Sequence record: OZ196285.1
DNA length: 64,000 nt
Reading direction: 5' to 3' (one strand)
Shown here: positions 48,238 to 57,485 of the stretch, piece by piece
Layout: each line of letters begins with the position of its first letter
Numbering within the stretch: the stretch's first letter is position 1
Position numbers and translations under genes: made by a program
Notes under the pieces: generated by a model
The model's database searches: none
What the model was told of the DNA's origin: nothing
The model's input: only the letters and a program-made list of their open reading frames with translations

Positions 48238-48271
48238 AAGGGTTGCTTCGGCAACCCTTTTTGCGTATTAT
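48238..48271 (+). promoter_or_regulatory. Early promoter overlapping an intrinsic terminator
   Basis: TTGCTT (48243)-17-TATTAT (48266); hairpin AAAGGGTTGC-TTCG-GCAACCCTTTTT. Confidence 0.75.
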
Positions 48272-48304
48272 AGCTCTATCGAAACGAAACACAGAGAGAA
48301 CATT

Positions 48305-48634
48305 ATGACTGACTTAACTCAATTCGACATTAAAAACGCGACGCTTAAAGTCGTTTACTCACAGCGTGCAGAGCATCAGAAAGTTGCAATGATGACTGAA
48401 GACGGTTACATTTTTCTTCATGAAGTTCTTTTTATTGACCAGAAAGGTTCTTACTGTGAGTCTCGCGAGTTGTTCAGCACAACAGTTGAAAAGAAATGCG
48501 ACTGGCCGGGTTACGAGTCTGCTAAACTTATCGACAAGATTAAAGAAGCGGGTCAAGTGAGCCTACGTCACTGGCGTGCACCATCAGAAGCTGACATGGA
48601 AGAGTTCTCAATCACACAATGTTTCGAGGGGTAA
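48305..48634 (+). CDS. Early hypothetical protein
   Basis: GAGAGAACATTATG RBS. Confidence 0.75.
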   Translation: MTDLTQFDIKNATLKVVYSQRAEHQKVAMMTEDGYIFLHEVLFIDQKGSYCESRELFSTTVEKKCDWPGYESAKLIDKIKEAGQVSLRHWRAPSEADMEEFSITQCFEG

Positions 48635-48636
48635 TC

Positions 48637-49035
48637 ATGGAACTTTATCAAATCTGGGAAAAGAAAATCGCTGCTCTTGATGTCCTCGCACAGCAATTGC
48701 ATGATATGAGTCAACTAGCGGCTGGGGATTCTGGTCGCTACATTCTGAAAACTGAAATGGAACGTGAACACTTAAGTCGTGAAATCACAAACGATGTTGA
48801 AACAGACAACGACTTATGCTTATCACACATCATGTACAAAGGCTTGTATGAACAAGCGCGTGAATACAAAGGTTTCATCATGGTATTCGCGAAGACTATG
48901 CCACTAGAGCAACGTCGTGAACTAATCGATCAACTGCGTAAAGTATTTCGCCAAGACGCGCAAACAGACAAAGATTGGCAACGTGTACTAACTCAATTTG
49001 CAAGCTCATTAAAATCACAAGGTTACGGAGAATAA
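48637..49035 (+). CDS. Hypothetical protein
   Basis: GAGGGG RBS. Confidence 0.7.
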   Translation: MELYQIWEKKIAALDVLAQQLHDMSQLAAGDSGRYILKTEMEREHLSREITNDVETDNDLCLSHIMYKGLYEQAREYKGFIMVFAKTMPLEQRRELIDQLRKVFRQDAQTDKDWQRVLTQFASSLKSQGYGE

Positions 49036-49037
49036 TT

Positions 49038-49754
49038 ATGTCATCATACAACACTAAGAAAACAGAATGCGAACAGCGCGGTATTGCTTTCAACTTTACA
49101 AAGCCGCAATGGGAAAAGCTTCAGTCAATGAAAGTTGATGGTCGATGTGCTTATACTGGTCAGCCGTTTCAATCGAAAGGTAAGCAACTCGCGACTGTAG
49201 AGCGCATAGACGAGAACAAGCCGTACGAGCCATCGAACTGTATTCTTGTTTCAAGTCTAGCGAATGGCGTTAAGTCTCGCTATATTGAGCAGAAGCAATC
49301 GCAATCGTCTATTACGCCAGAAGACAAGCACACGCTGAACGCAATCAAGAAGGCTCTTGGTGATACGAAGCGTATGAACAAGTTGATCCAAACATACTTG
49401 AACGCATACGGTGGCGAACTTGCTGCTACTGAAACTGGTCTATGTGACCTTGATGTTACTGAGCTGTATGTTGATTACGCTCGTAAATCAATGCGCAACG
49501 GTGTTTCATTTGACATCACTATCAACGATTTCAAGCGCACTCTGAGTCGCAAACGTTGTGAAGTGAGCAAGATTGAACTGCCGAGCATGAAGCAGCGTGT
49601 AATTCGAGTCATCGACAGCACAAAGCCGTTGACCAAAGACAACATTCAAGTAACATCACAGCAAGTGAGCGACATTATCGATTCAATCTTGCAATTGAAC
49701 ATGACGACAGCACAGAAGAAAGCAATGATCGCAAACATGGGAGCAGCAAAATAA
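49038..49754 (+). CDS. Srd-like protein with two tandem endonuclease-VII/HNH-like repeats
   Basis: RGIAFNF...RCAYTGQPF...ATVERID..KPY..NC, second degenerate copy GVSFDI...RCEVS...IRVID..KPL..NI. Confidence 0.55.
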   Translation: MSSYNTKKTECEQRGIAFNFTKPQWEKLQSMKVDGRCAYTGQPFQSKGKQLATVERIDENKPYEPSNCILVSSLANGVKSRYIEQKQSQSSITPEDKHTLNAIKKALGDTKRMNKLIQTYLNAYGGELAATETGLCDLDVTELYVDYARKSMRNGVSFDITINDFKRTLSRKRCEVSKIELPSMKQRVIRVIDSTKPLTKDNIQVTSQQVSDIIDSILQLNMTTAQKKAMIANMGAAK

Positions 49755-50011
49755 TGCCTACATTATTATCACTGAGCAAAGGTACGAGCGTCGTAGTTAA
49801 AGTCTGCGGCATTGAATTAGTCGTTGATCACGAAATCGAATACGTGACTGTTGATGGTAATGGCTACGTACACGGTTGGACTGAAGCACGTCCGTACTAC
49901 GACGAAGACGACCAAACATGGTCAACATTCGAACTGTATGGCGATAAGTATCATATTGCTACCATTTCAGACCCGATTGACACTCACGAACGAATCGAGA
50001 TTTACTCATGA
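49754..50011 (+). CDS. Hypothetical protein
   Basis: Coupled ORF. Confidence 0.65.
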   Translation: MPTLLSLSKGTSVVVKVCGIELVVDHEIEYVTVDGNGYVHGWTEARPYYDEDDQTWSTFELYGDKYHIATISDPIDTHERIEIYS

Positions 50012-50385
50012 AGAAATATAACCGATTAAATGAACTGGCGCGACTGTATCGACTGTCAGATAAGTATGTCGCTGATCTTCATGTTGACATCTTTCTAATC
50101 CCTCGCCACACTAGCGATGAAATTGAAGTGACAGGTGAAACATTCAAAGAGGTTCATCACGAAATCACCAAAGAAATCGTACGTTATACGAACATGTCGT
50201 ATGAAGAAGCTCGCTTGTTTCATGCGAACAATGATATCGAAGTTTGGTTTGGCGGAGATGAAATCATCGACACCGATGTTTATGCACCGTTTTATGTGCG
50301 TTATGATATCCCTAAGGACTTGTTACGCAAGTTCAACACTGAATACAAACAAGGGCCGAGTGCCACATTTGAGGAAGCAACTTGA
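50008..50385 (+). CDS. Hypothetical protein
   Basis: Coupled ORF. Confidence 0.65.
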   Translation: MKKYNRLNELARLYRLSDKYVADLHVDIFLIPRHTSDEIEVTGETFKEVHHEITKEIVRYTNMSYEEARLFHANNDIEVWFGGDEIIDTDVYAPFYVRYDIPKDLLRKFNTEYKQGPSATFEEAT

Positions 50386-51140
50386 GAATTTTTATTTTTA
50401 GCGGTGCGGGGCTTGATGCAGAGTCTGGCATTAGCACTTTCAGAGACGCAAATGGTCTCTGGGAGAATCACGACATCATGGAAGTTTGTAACTATCGAAC
50501 TTTCCCGAACAACTATGAGCTAGTGCATCGCTTTTACAACGCTCGTAGAAAGCAGCTTGCAGACGTTAGCCCCAATTCTGCTCACTTCAAGATTGCAGAG
50601 CTATGTGAGAAGCACACAGTGCTGAATTACACGGCAAACGTGTCTGATCTTCTTGAGCGGGCGGGATGTGAAGACGTTAAGCACATTCACGGTTATTTGC
50701 CCGAAGTAGTTATCGATTACAACAGCAAAGATTCGTACATCGAAGACATCGGCTACAACGACCATGACTACAGCAAATCTCGCAAAGACAAGCCAAATGT
50801 GGTGTTCTTTGGTGAAGGCGCACCTATGTATCAAGACTTTTGGGGTGATATCGACTCATTGACTCCACAAGACATCGCGATTGTTGTCGGTAGTACGCTT
50901 GAGATCAACCCTATTCATTGGGATATCCCGCCAACTGGTGCTAAATTCATTCTGATCAACCCGACTGGTATAGATACTGATAAAGCGACCTCACTCAACG
51001 AAGCGATTCGTATGTGTGATGTGTTTATTCAGAAACCTGCCACTGAGGCGTTCGATGAAATTGATCAGCACATTCAAGAACATATTGACTTGCATAGTCC
51101 ACACAATAGCATTGACCGTGCTAATCGTGGTAACTGGTAG
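50382..51140 (+). CDS. Sir2/CobB-family NAD-dependent enzyme
   Basis: FSGAGLDAESGISTFRD, HIHG, KPNVVFFGE, VVGSTL; TTG start. Confidence 0.92.
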   Translation: MRIFIFSGAGLDAESGISTFRDANGLWENHDIMEVCNYRTFPNNYELVHRFYNARRKQLADVSPNSAHFKIAELCEKHTVLNYTANVSDLLERAGCEDVKHIHGYLPEVVIDYNSKDSYIEDIGYNDHDYSKSRKDKPNVVFFGEGAPMYQDFWGDIDSLTPQDIAIVVGSTLEINPIHWDIPPTGAKFILINPTGIDTDKATSLNEAIRMCDVFIQKPATEAFDEIDQHIQEHIDLHSPHNSIDRANRGNW

Positions 51141-51269
51141 TGGATCTGCGTTCTTCGCAATAGCGGCATTTTTACTTCTTCTAGATAAAATGTACATAAT
51201 GAGCCTGTTCGCATGTATAATTGCTATCATGCTCATTTGCATATACGTGAAAATAAGTGAGGATTATTA

Positions 51270-53069
51270 ATGTCTAATAAAGACGACGATTTTAAAATTT
51301 TAACGAAGAAGCAGCACGTGTTGCTTCGTCCCGGGATGTACGTTGGTTCAATCGACAAAGAAGAGCACATGCGATTCGTTGGCGGTGAGTATCAAGCAAT
51401 ATCATTTGTACCGGGATTAGTGAAAATTGTGAACGAAGTTATCGATAACTGTATCGATGAAGCGATTCGCACGAAATACAAATTTGCAAATGTAATCGAC
51501 TTGAAAGTCGAAGGTAATCGAATCACTGTGACTGATAACGGTCGCGGTATTCCACAAGACATGGTCGCTGACCCTGTAACAGGTGAGAAGATCATTCGAC
51601 CTGAAGCTGCATGGACTCGCACAGAAGCGGGCAGTAACTTCGGTGATGAACGTACGACTGTTGGTATGAATGGCGTCGGTGCTGCTCTGACTAACTTTTT
51701 CAGCCATCAATTCACCGGTACAACATGTGACGGTAAGAACACAGTAATTGTTCGATGCTCGAATAACGCAGATCGCATATTCGTTCGCAAAGAGAAAGGT
51801 GGTAAACAAGGCACATCAGTTGAGTTTATCCCAGATTTCAATCGTTTTGGTGTATTCGGTATCTCGCCGCAAGATGAAATGATGATGAAAGAGCGTCTAT
51901 CAACGCTGTCAGTGACTCATCCCGAGATAACGTTCAGATACAACGGTAAGAAGTTTTCACCGACTCTGAAGCAGTACGCGAAGCAATTCAAGACTGAAGC
52001 AGTGTTCGAGTTCAAAGATGTGTTCTGTTTTGTAGCAGGTTCAGAAGAATACAGAACGAATAGTTTCGTGAATGGTGTTGAGACTGTCAATGGCGGTACG
52101 CACTGTGAATACTTCGTGAATAAGCTATGTGACGAACTGATTCCGATGATCAAGCGCAAGACGAAAGTCAATGTGCCAAAGCCGCAACTGAAGAACGGCT
52201 TGACGATTGGTCTGTTTGTTCGTAACTTCGTTGACCCTAAGTTTGATACTCAAACAAAAGAGCGTCTGACGAATGCACAAAGTGAAGTGTCACCGTATCT
52301 GAAAGATTTATCGTACGACAAGATTGCCAAGAAAGTATTAGCCGATGATGAGATCATCATGCCGATTATCGAAGCACTATTGGCGAAGCAGAACGCTGCT
52401 GAAGCGCGTGAACTTGCACGAAATCAGAAGAAAGCACAGAAAGCGAAAGTTGCTGATCACATCAAAGCAGCAGTTCCCGGTGGAACTCTGTTTTTGACAG
52501 AGGGTAAGTCTGCGATTGGTTACTTGTTGAAAGTGCGCGACAGTCGAAGACACGGCGGTTTACCGCTGCGTGGTAAAGTTCTGAGCACATGGGGTTTAAC
52601 TCCTGCCAAAATCATGGCGAATGCTGAATTGAGTGATATCATGTCAGTATTGAACATTCAAATTGGCAACCCTGACATTAGCGGCATGTACTACAAAGAT
52701 ATCGGTATTCTTGTTGATGCAGATGTCGATGGTAAAGGCAGTATATTCCCGCTGTTACTTGCGTTTTTCTACAACTGGCCCGAACTGTTCAAACAGCGTC
52801 GTATCAAGTTCGTACGTACACCCGTAGTTATCGCGAAGAAGGGTAAAGAGACGAAATGGTTTTACACGCTTGCTGAGTATCGCAAAGCTCGTCTCGGTAC
52901 AACGTGGAAGATTCGATACATCAAGGGGCTTGGTTCTTTAACTGAAAAAGAATACAGCCGTGTTATTAATGAGCCAGTGTATGACGAGATCGTAATCGAT
53001 GACCCTGCGGGATTCGACTTGCTATTCGGTAAAGACACTGATAAACGTAAGGAATGGATGACCGCATGA
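51270..53069 (+). CDS. 39: DNA topoisomerase II large subunit (gp39+gp60 fused)
   Basis: HVLLRPGMYVG, EVIDNCIDE, DNGRGIP, TEGKSA, PLRGK, DADVDG, YIKGLGS. Confidence 0.97.
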   Translation: MSNKDDDFKILTKKQHVLLRPGMYVGSIDKEEHMRFVGGEYQAISFVPGLVKIVNEVIDNCIDEAIRTKYKFANVIDLKVEGNRITVTDNGRGIPQDMVADPVTGEKIIRPEAAWTRTEAGSNFGDERTTVGMNGVGAALTNFFSHQFTGTTCDGKNTVIVRCSNNADRIFVRKEKGGKQGTSVEFIPDFNRFGVFGISPQDEMMMKERLSTLSVTHPEITFRYNGKKFSPTLKQYAKQFKTEAVFEFKDVFCFVAGSEEYRTNSFVNGVETVNGGTHCEYFVNKLCDELIPMIKRKTKVNVPKPQLKNGLTIGLFVRNFVDPKFDTQTKERLTNAQSEVSPYLKDLSYDKIAKKVLADDEIIMPIIEALLAKQNAAEARELARNQKKAQKAKVADHIKAAVPGGTLFLTEGKSAIGYLLKVRDSRRHGGLPLRGKVLSTWGLTPAKIMANAELSDIMSVLNIQIGNPDISGMYYKDIGILVDADVDGKGSIFPLLLAFFYNWPELFKQRRIKFVRTPVVIAKKGKETKWFYTLAEYRKARLGTTWKIRYIKGLGSLTEKEYSRVINEPVYDEIVIDDPAGFDLLFGKDTDKRKEWMTA

Positions 53070-53299
53070 TAACTGCGAAAGAAGCGAAGGCAAGACGTAA
53101 GAGATTGCCCGTTGCTGTCTTGACTGCGCTCGATGAGCTTGACCTGGCAGTACAAATAGCGTCTCAGACGAAAACGCGTGTTGATTATCGCGTAGAAAAA
53201 TTGACTGAGGCAGAGCGAACAATTCTACGGGACAAGTTAATTAGCTTGGGGTATGACGTGTTCATTGTTGAAGAAAAATTCGAGGTACTGTGGACATGA
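53066..53299 (+). CDS. Hypothetical protein (paralogue family LGY...W)
   Basis: MITAKEA...LISLGY...EVLW. Confidence 0.65.
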   Translation: MITAKEAKARRKRLPVAVLTALDELDLAVQIASQTKTRVDYRVEKLTEAERTILRDKLISLGYDVFIVEEKFEVLWT

Positions 53300-53514
53300 T
53301 TGATAATATCGTGATCAGCTTCAAAGACATTCATCGTGAATGGAAAGAAGAAATGACATTCATCGCGACTACACGAACTGATTACTACCTACAGCAAATC
53401 TTTGCGGGTTTGATGTGCGTTGAATTTGTTCTGCGTATGATCGTAATGACGTTGTTTACCGCGTTCGTTTATGTGCCAATTTCATTGGTTGGTATGTTGT
53501 TCGGGATTAAATAA
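53296..53514 (+). CDS. Hypothetical membrane protein
   Basis: C-terminal hydrophobic segments. Confidence 0.6.
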   Translation: MIDNIVISFKDIHREWKEEMTFIATTRTDYYLQQIFAGLMCVEFVLRMIVMTLFTAFVYVPISLVGMLFGIK

Positions 53515-53523
53515 AAGACGGAG

Positions 53524-53802
53524 GTGCCAACTATGCACAAGTCTTTTATAGAACACAACATCATTTGCGAAATGACGTATCAAGAGCTTCGTGATCTCAC
53601 GATAAATGAGATTCACGGGCTCGTCAAAAAGCTGAAGAAACAGCTACCGAAAAAATACAAAGACATTATCGACGAAATCGAAGTCGATATGTACGAAGAC
53701 CTGATAGCTGAAATCGCATATGATGGCGGTTTGAAAGGGAAGCGTTTTACTAACATGGCGATACCAAAGAAAATCCTTGATAGGTATGCCGATTACTACT
53801 GA
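53524..53802 (+). CDS. Hypothetical protein
   Basis: ORF with GGAGG RBS. Confidence 0.6.
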   Translation: MPTMHKSFIEHNIICEMTYQELRDLTINEIHGLVKKLKKQLPKKYKDIIDEIEVDMYEDLIAEIAYDGGLKGKRFTNMAIPKKILDRYADYY

Positions 53803-53812
53803 GAACTAGATT

Positions 53813-54196
53813 ATGTATGATGCAGCAAGTATGAGAGAACGATTTGTGTCAGATACTGCGATATCTGACGCACGCGCAGAGCTTCAAACGCTCTTGTATG
53901 ACACTCTAACGTCGATTGAGAAAATCGCACACAATGAACTGGATTCGAACTTCGTCATCCCTGCTGCGCTATATGACCCGTTTGTGAGCGACTTACGCAG
54001 TCTTGGCTACAAAGCTATCGCGATTAAAGACACATTCATGACAACTCCGTTCGGTGCTTCACCGTTCACGCCAGAAGAGTTTCGAATTATTGAATGTGCA
54101 GACGACGACGAAGCAAAACGCATCGTACGTGATCAGATTCGCAATAACCCTAAAGCATCAATTCAAGTCTATGTAAGCTGGAGACGCCAAAAATGA
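53813..54196 (+). CDS. Hypothetical protein (paralogue family LGY...W)
   Basis: LRSLGY...VYVSW. Confidence 0.65.
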   Translation: MYDAASMRERFVSDTAISDARAELQTLLYDTLTSIEKIAHNELDSNFVIPAALYDPFVSDLRSLGYKAIAIKDTFMTTPFGASPFTPEEFRIIECADDDEAKRIVRDQIRNNPKASIQVYVSWRRQK

Positions 54197-54471
54197 GAAA
54201 TTTATCAAACGTAATGACGGCTGAGAAAGCACGTTCCGTTGCAATTCGTACGCTGCAAGGTCAATTCGACAAAGATGACCTGCGTCACTTGTTCGAGAAA
54301 ATTGAAGAAAGCGCAGAACAAGGTCGTTTCTTTCTGAAAGTATCAATGGTAGATGAAATGCCAGAGACATCTACGGCAAAAATGCGTCGCCTGTTGATGG
54401 AATACATGCGCCTAATCGGTTACACAATTTTTTACTTTGGTGATGATATGGAGGTTCGATGGCAGATTTAA
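54193..54471 (+). CDS. Hypothetical protein (paralogue family LGY...W)
   Basis: MTAEKA...MRLIGY...EVRW. Confidence 0.65.
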   Translation: MRNLSNVMTAEKARSVAIRTLQGQFDKDDLRHLFEKIEESAEQGRFFLKVSMVDEMPETSTAKMRRLLMEYMRLIGYTIFYFGDDMEVRWQI

Positions 54472-55190
54472 AAGTTTATTACGTCAGTGACATTCATAAC
54501 GATTATCACGAAGAGAACGCGCTAGAACGCATTACAGGCGACGCAACGGCTGTATTGATAGTAGCGGGAGACATCAACAGCAAAGGGCGCACAGTGCGAG
54601 ATTTAGAAGCTGTTGCTGACCGATGGAGAGCTGTGATAGCTGTGCCTGGAAATCACGACTGGTGGGGTTTAGCTCTTCATGAGCGACATAAATTCGATTC
54701 GGCGGTTGACAATGTACACGTATTGCTAGAGAATACAGTTCAGGTAGACGATGTTACATTCTGTGGTACCACGCTATGGCACGCTATTCCAGATTGGTTT
54801 GCGGGTAATAAGTGGAAAGAATGCATGAATGATCGCAAGAAGATTCGCGGTCGCAACTATCACCGACTTTATGGTGAAGAGTTGCACGGCATTCACTTAG
54901 ATTGTGTCAAGTTTATCAGTGATTGTGCTAAAATCGAGGGCAAGAAAGTGTTGATTACTCATCACGCGATGTCTGAACAATCTGTCTCGACTTATTATCG
55001 AGGTAGCAGCACAAATCAATTTTACTTTACGCCACTAGAGCCTTTACTAGAACCGTTCTTGTTTCACGTTCATGGTCACATTCATCAAGAAAAAGACTAC
55101 ATGATCGGTGACTGTAACGTTCTTTGTAATCCTAGAGCATACACTGACGATGAAAACCCTGAATACGGGGTAAGGATTTTTGACATATGA
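54459..55190 (+). CDS. Metallophosphoesterase
   Basis: SDIH, AGDI, PGNHD, THH, HGHIH. Confidence 0.9.
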   Translation: MADLKVYYVSDIHNDYHEENALERITGDATAVLIVAGDINSKGRTVRDLEAVADRWRAVIAVPGNHDWWGLALHERHKFDSAVDNVHVLLENTVQVDDVTFCGTTLWHAIPDWFAGNKWKECMNDRKKIRGRNYHRLYGEELHGIHLDCVKFISDCAKIEGKKVLITHHAMSEQSVSTYYRGSSTNQFYFTPLEPLLEPFLFHVHGHIHQEKDYMIGDCNVLCNPRAYTDDENPEYGVRIFDI

Positions 55191-55396
55191 TGATTACAAT
55201 TTACTTACTAATTGGCGCGATTCTAACTGCACTTACTGGCAAAGTTGTTCGCAAACGCTATCTCGATGAAGTTGTAGTGCGCGATCGTGAGCCAATTCCA
55301 GTCGAATTCTTCGTTGTGACTTGTATTTTAGTGTTGCCTCTATGTGGTGCGGTGCTAATTGGCAAGCGAGTTCTCGAATTTCTGAGAATTTTGTAG
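55187..55396 (+). CDS. Hypothetical membrane protein
   Basis: Two hydrophobic segments. Confidence 0.6.
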   Translation: MMITIYLLIGAILTALTGKVVRKRYLDEVVVRDREPIPVEFFVVTCILVLPLCGAVLIGKRVLEFLRIL

Positions 55397-55438
55397 ATTA
55401 AATACGTGCGTCAAATAATAAAACTTAAAAGGTAAGAT

Positions 55439-55684
55439 ATGACGCACGATTTTAATATGCTTCTTGAGCAGTATAACCTCGCCAACTTCGAATGCGATGG
55501 TGATTTTGAAGATTATTACTGGTCAGTTGCTGAGTGGATAGGTCAGACTATGTTTAGTCACGGCGAGATTCACAAACATGACATTCTAGAGTTGCTTTGC
55601 GACTTACTAGAACTCACTGAAGACGATATCAACGTTGATGATGTTGATGAATTTCTAACTGAAGCGTACGCGCTAATTGAATAG
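55439..55684 (+). CDS. Hypothetical acidic protein
   Basis: AAGGT RBS. Confidence 0.65.
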   Translation: MTHDFNMLLEQYNLANFECDGDFEDYYWSVAEWIGQTMFSHGEIHKHDILELLCDLLELTEDDINVDDVDEFLTEAYALIE

Positions 55685-55747
55685 GTATACTATGAACAAA
55701 CATCAAAAGGCACTGTTTCACTGAGTAATTTAACTCGGAGAAACATA

Positions 55748-56260
55748 ATGACAGAACCAAGACTGTACAATGGCGTTAAAAAACGTGATCTACCTCGATA
55801 CGATGCAAAAATCATGGGCGGACATTATCTATTCAAAATAGATGAAATGGCATACCCAGAACACATGCGTGCGTATGTGATCTACGCGTCGTGGACTAAC
55901 ATGTTCGATAACGAAGTTCGTTACTACATTTCTGACGAAGCGTATAAGCGTATGCAAGCACGCAGACGTGGCAACTGGTTAGAGAAGTTCGGTGACGGTT
56001 ACATTTTTCGACGCACTCCCGTACCATGCGGTGGTGGTTGGAAAAACTCAATCTGGCCCGAGCGTGCTAAAGGCGCAATGGCTGAACACAATCATAATTT
56101 GATGTGCAAGAACGAACTTGAACGTGAATACGGCAAGCTTGTTCGCATGAAACGCGCTCAAATCAATGAACTTCATGCAACTGATTACGACTACCCATAC
56201 TGCCGTGGAAATCGCACGCGTGGTTGGAAACGTTCGAAAAAACGTAAGCAGTGGATGTAA
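55748..56260 (+). CDS. Hypothetical basic protein
   Basis: C-terminal FRRTPVP...RGWKRSKKRKQW. Confidence 0.7.
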   Translation: MTEPRLYNGVKKRDLPRYDAKIMGGHYLFKIDEMAYPEHMRAYVIYASWTNMFDNEVRYYISDEAYKRMQARRRGNWLEKFGDGYIFRRTPVPCGGGWKNSIWPERAKGAMAEHNHNLMCKNELEREYGKLVRMKRAQINELHATDYDYPYCRGNRTRGWKRSKKRKQWM

Positions 56261-56261
56261 A

Positions 56262-56297
56262 AAAAGGGTTGCACTGTGCAGCCCTTTTCTGTATCAT
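56262..56297 (+). promoter_or_regulatory. Early promoter overlapping an intrinsic terminator
   Basis: TTGCAC (56269)-17-TATCAT (56292); hairpin AAAAGGGTTGCA-CTG-TGCAGCCCTTTT. Confidence 0.7.
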
Positions 56298-56328
56298 GAT
56301 ATCTCATTCAAAAAAAGAGAATATTATC

Positions 56329-56520
56329 ATGTTTGAAATTGCATTTATCATGACACTCGGTATAATGGTCATGTTCGCGTTCGGGTTGCTGTTCGCATAT
56401 TCAGTAAAGCGACTGATTGATGATATCAACGTAATGAACGTGATTTTCGGCATCGTCGCTATTTTCCTATTCATCTTCTCGTGGCTAGTGCTAATATTCG
56501 GTGCAGCTTCGCTTCTATAA
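56329..56520 (+). CDS. Hypothetical membrane protein
   Basis: Two transmembrane-like segments; GAGAATATTATCATG RBS. Confidence 0.65.
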   Translation: MFEIAFIMTLGIMVMFAFGLLFAYSVKRLIDDINVMNVIFGIVAIFLFIFSWLVLIFGAASLL

Positions 56521-56535
56521 ACTTGTGAGAACTAT

Positions 56536-57126
56536 ATGAAATCAGAAAAACCAACTATCATTTTTGACGTAGATGGCGTACTTGTCGATTGGGCAAGCCA
56601 ACTACCGCTATTCTGCAAGCGTTGTGGTATCGATCCCGTGCTTGCACTGAAACACTTTACTGCAAAAGAACACGTTGACGTGCGCGACCTATTCGGCGTA
56701 GAGCAACGTTCTATTGCATTCGAACTACTAGACCGTTACAACTTAGAGCATGGCAAGTACATGACTGCGTTCCCGGACGCTGTAGATCACATTCACAAGC
56801 TTGCTAAAGAGTACAACTTGATTGCACTGACTAAGTTCGGTGATTCAACTGACCACTGGCTAGTTCGCAAGTACAATCTTGAGACGTTCTTCCCGGGCAT
56901 GTTCTCTCAGTTGATTACAATCAACGGTAATGAATCAAAGATTGGTTACGTTGCGAGTTTGCAAGCTGAACATGATGTCGTTGCGTTCGTCGATGATCAG
57001 TTAGAGAACATCGAAGCGATTAAACGCGCTACGTCGTTGCTGACGATTCACATGAATAGATACGATGAACGTGCCGACGTAAGTCACATGAGCACAATCG
57101 CTGAATACGTTAAAGAAAATGTTTAA
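56536..57126 (+). CDS. HAD-family phosphatase / 5'(3')-nucleotidase (T4 30.2-like)
   Basis: FDVDGVL, FVDD motifs; upstream of ligase. Confidence 0.85.
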   Translation: MKSEKPTIIFDVDGVLVDWASQLPLFCKRCGIDPVLALKHFTAKEHVDVRDLFGVEQRSIAFELLDRYNLEHGKYMTAFPDAVDHIHKLAKEYNLIALTKFGDSTDHWLVRKYNLETFFPGMFSQLITINGNESKIGYVASLQAEHDVVAFVDDQLENIEAIKRATSLLTIHMNRYDERADVSHMSTIAEYVKENV

Positions 57127-57149
57127 CAGACGCTAACATAGACATATAA

Positions 57150-57173
57150 TAAGCTCCTACGGGAGCTTTTTTT
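57150..57173 (+). terminator. Intrinsic terminator
   Basis: AAGCTCC-TACG-GGAGCTT-T tract. Confidence 0.85.
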
Positions 57174-57185
57174 ATAGGTGAATAA

Positions 57186-57485
57186 ATGATTAAAAGAGCA
57201 TACATGATTCACGCCGATAGCGCACTCGCGAAACGCGCAGTGGTGCTTGATAAGCGTGAGCGAAAAGGTAAGCCTCTATTTGAGAAAAAAGGCGAATGGG
57301 AAGCTGAAATGCTGACCGACTGGCAAGAGTGGAACAAGGAAATGTGCGATTACATCGTTCACATTTATGGTGATCATATTGCAGGTAAGCAGTTCAACGT
57401 GACGCTTATCAACGGCAGTGTATATTTTGAGGAAAATGATGTTTGCTATACTAATGAAAAGCAACCACGAAGTGGCGATTATTGA
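57186..57485 (+). CDS. Hypothetical protein
   Basis: AGGTG RBS. Confidence 0.6.
   Translation: MIKRAYMIHADSALAKRAVVLDKRERKGKPLFEKKGEWEAEMLTDWQEWNKEMCDYIVHIYGDHIAGKQFNVTLINGSVYFEENDVCYTNEKQPRSGDY

Noticed and set aside
50382-51140. Sir2 gene as a Thoeris/DSR-type defence system
   Set aside because: It is a short stand-alone CobB-type domain with no TIR, SLOG or helical sensor partner nearby.
51016-51270. 84-aa ORF between the Sir2 and topoisomerase genes
   Set aside because: A short hydrophobic peptide may be real, but the annotated start overlaps Sir2 by 125 nt and I could not fix a credible start, so it is not listed as a feature.
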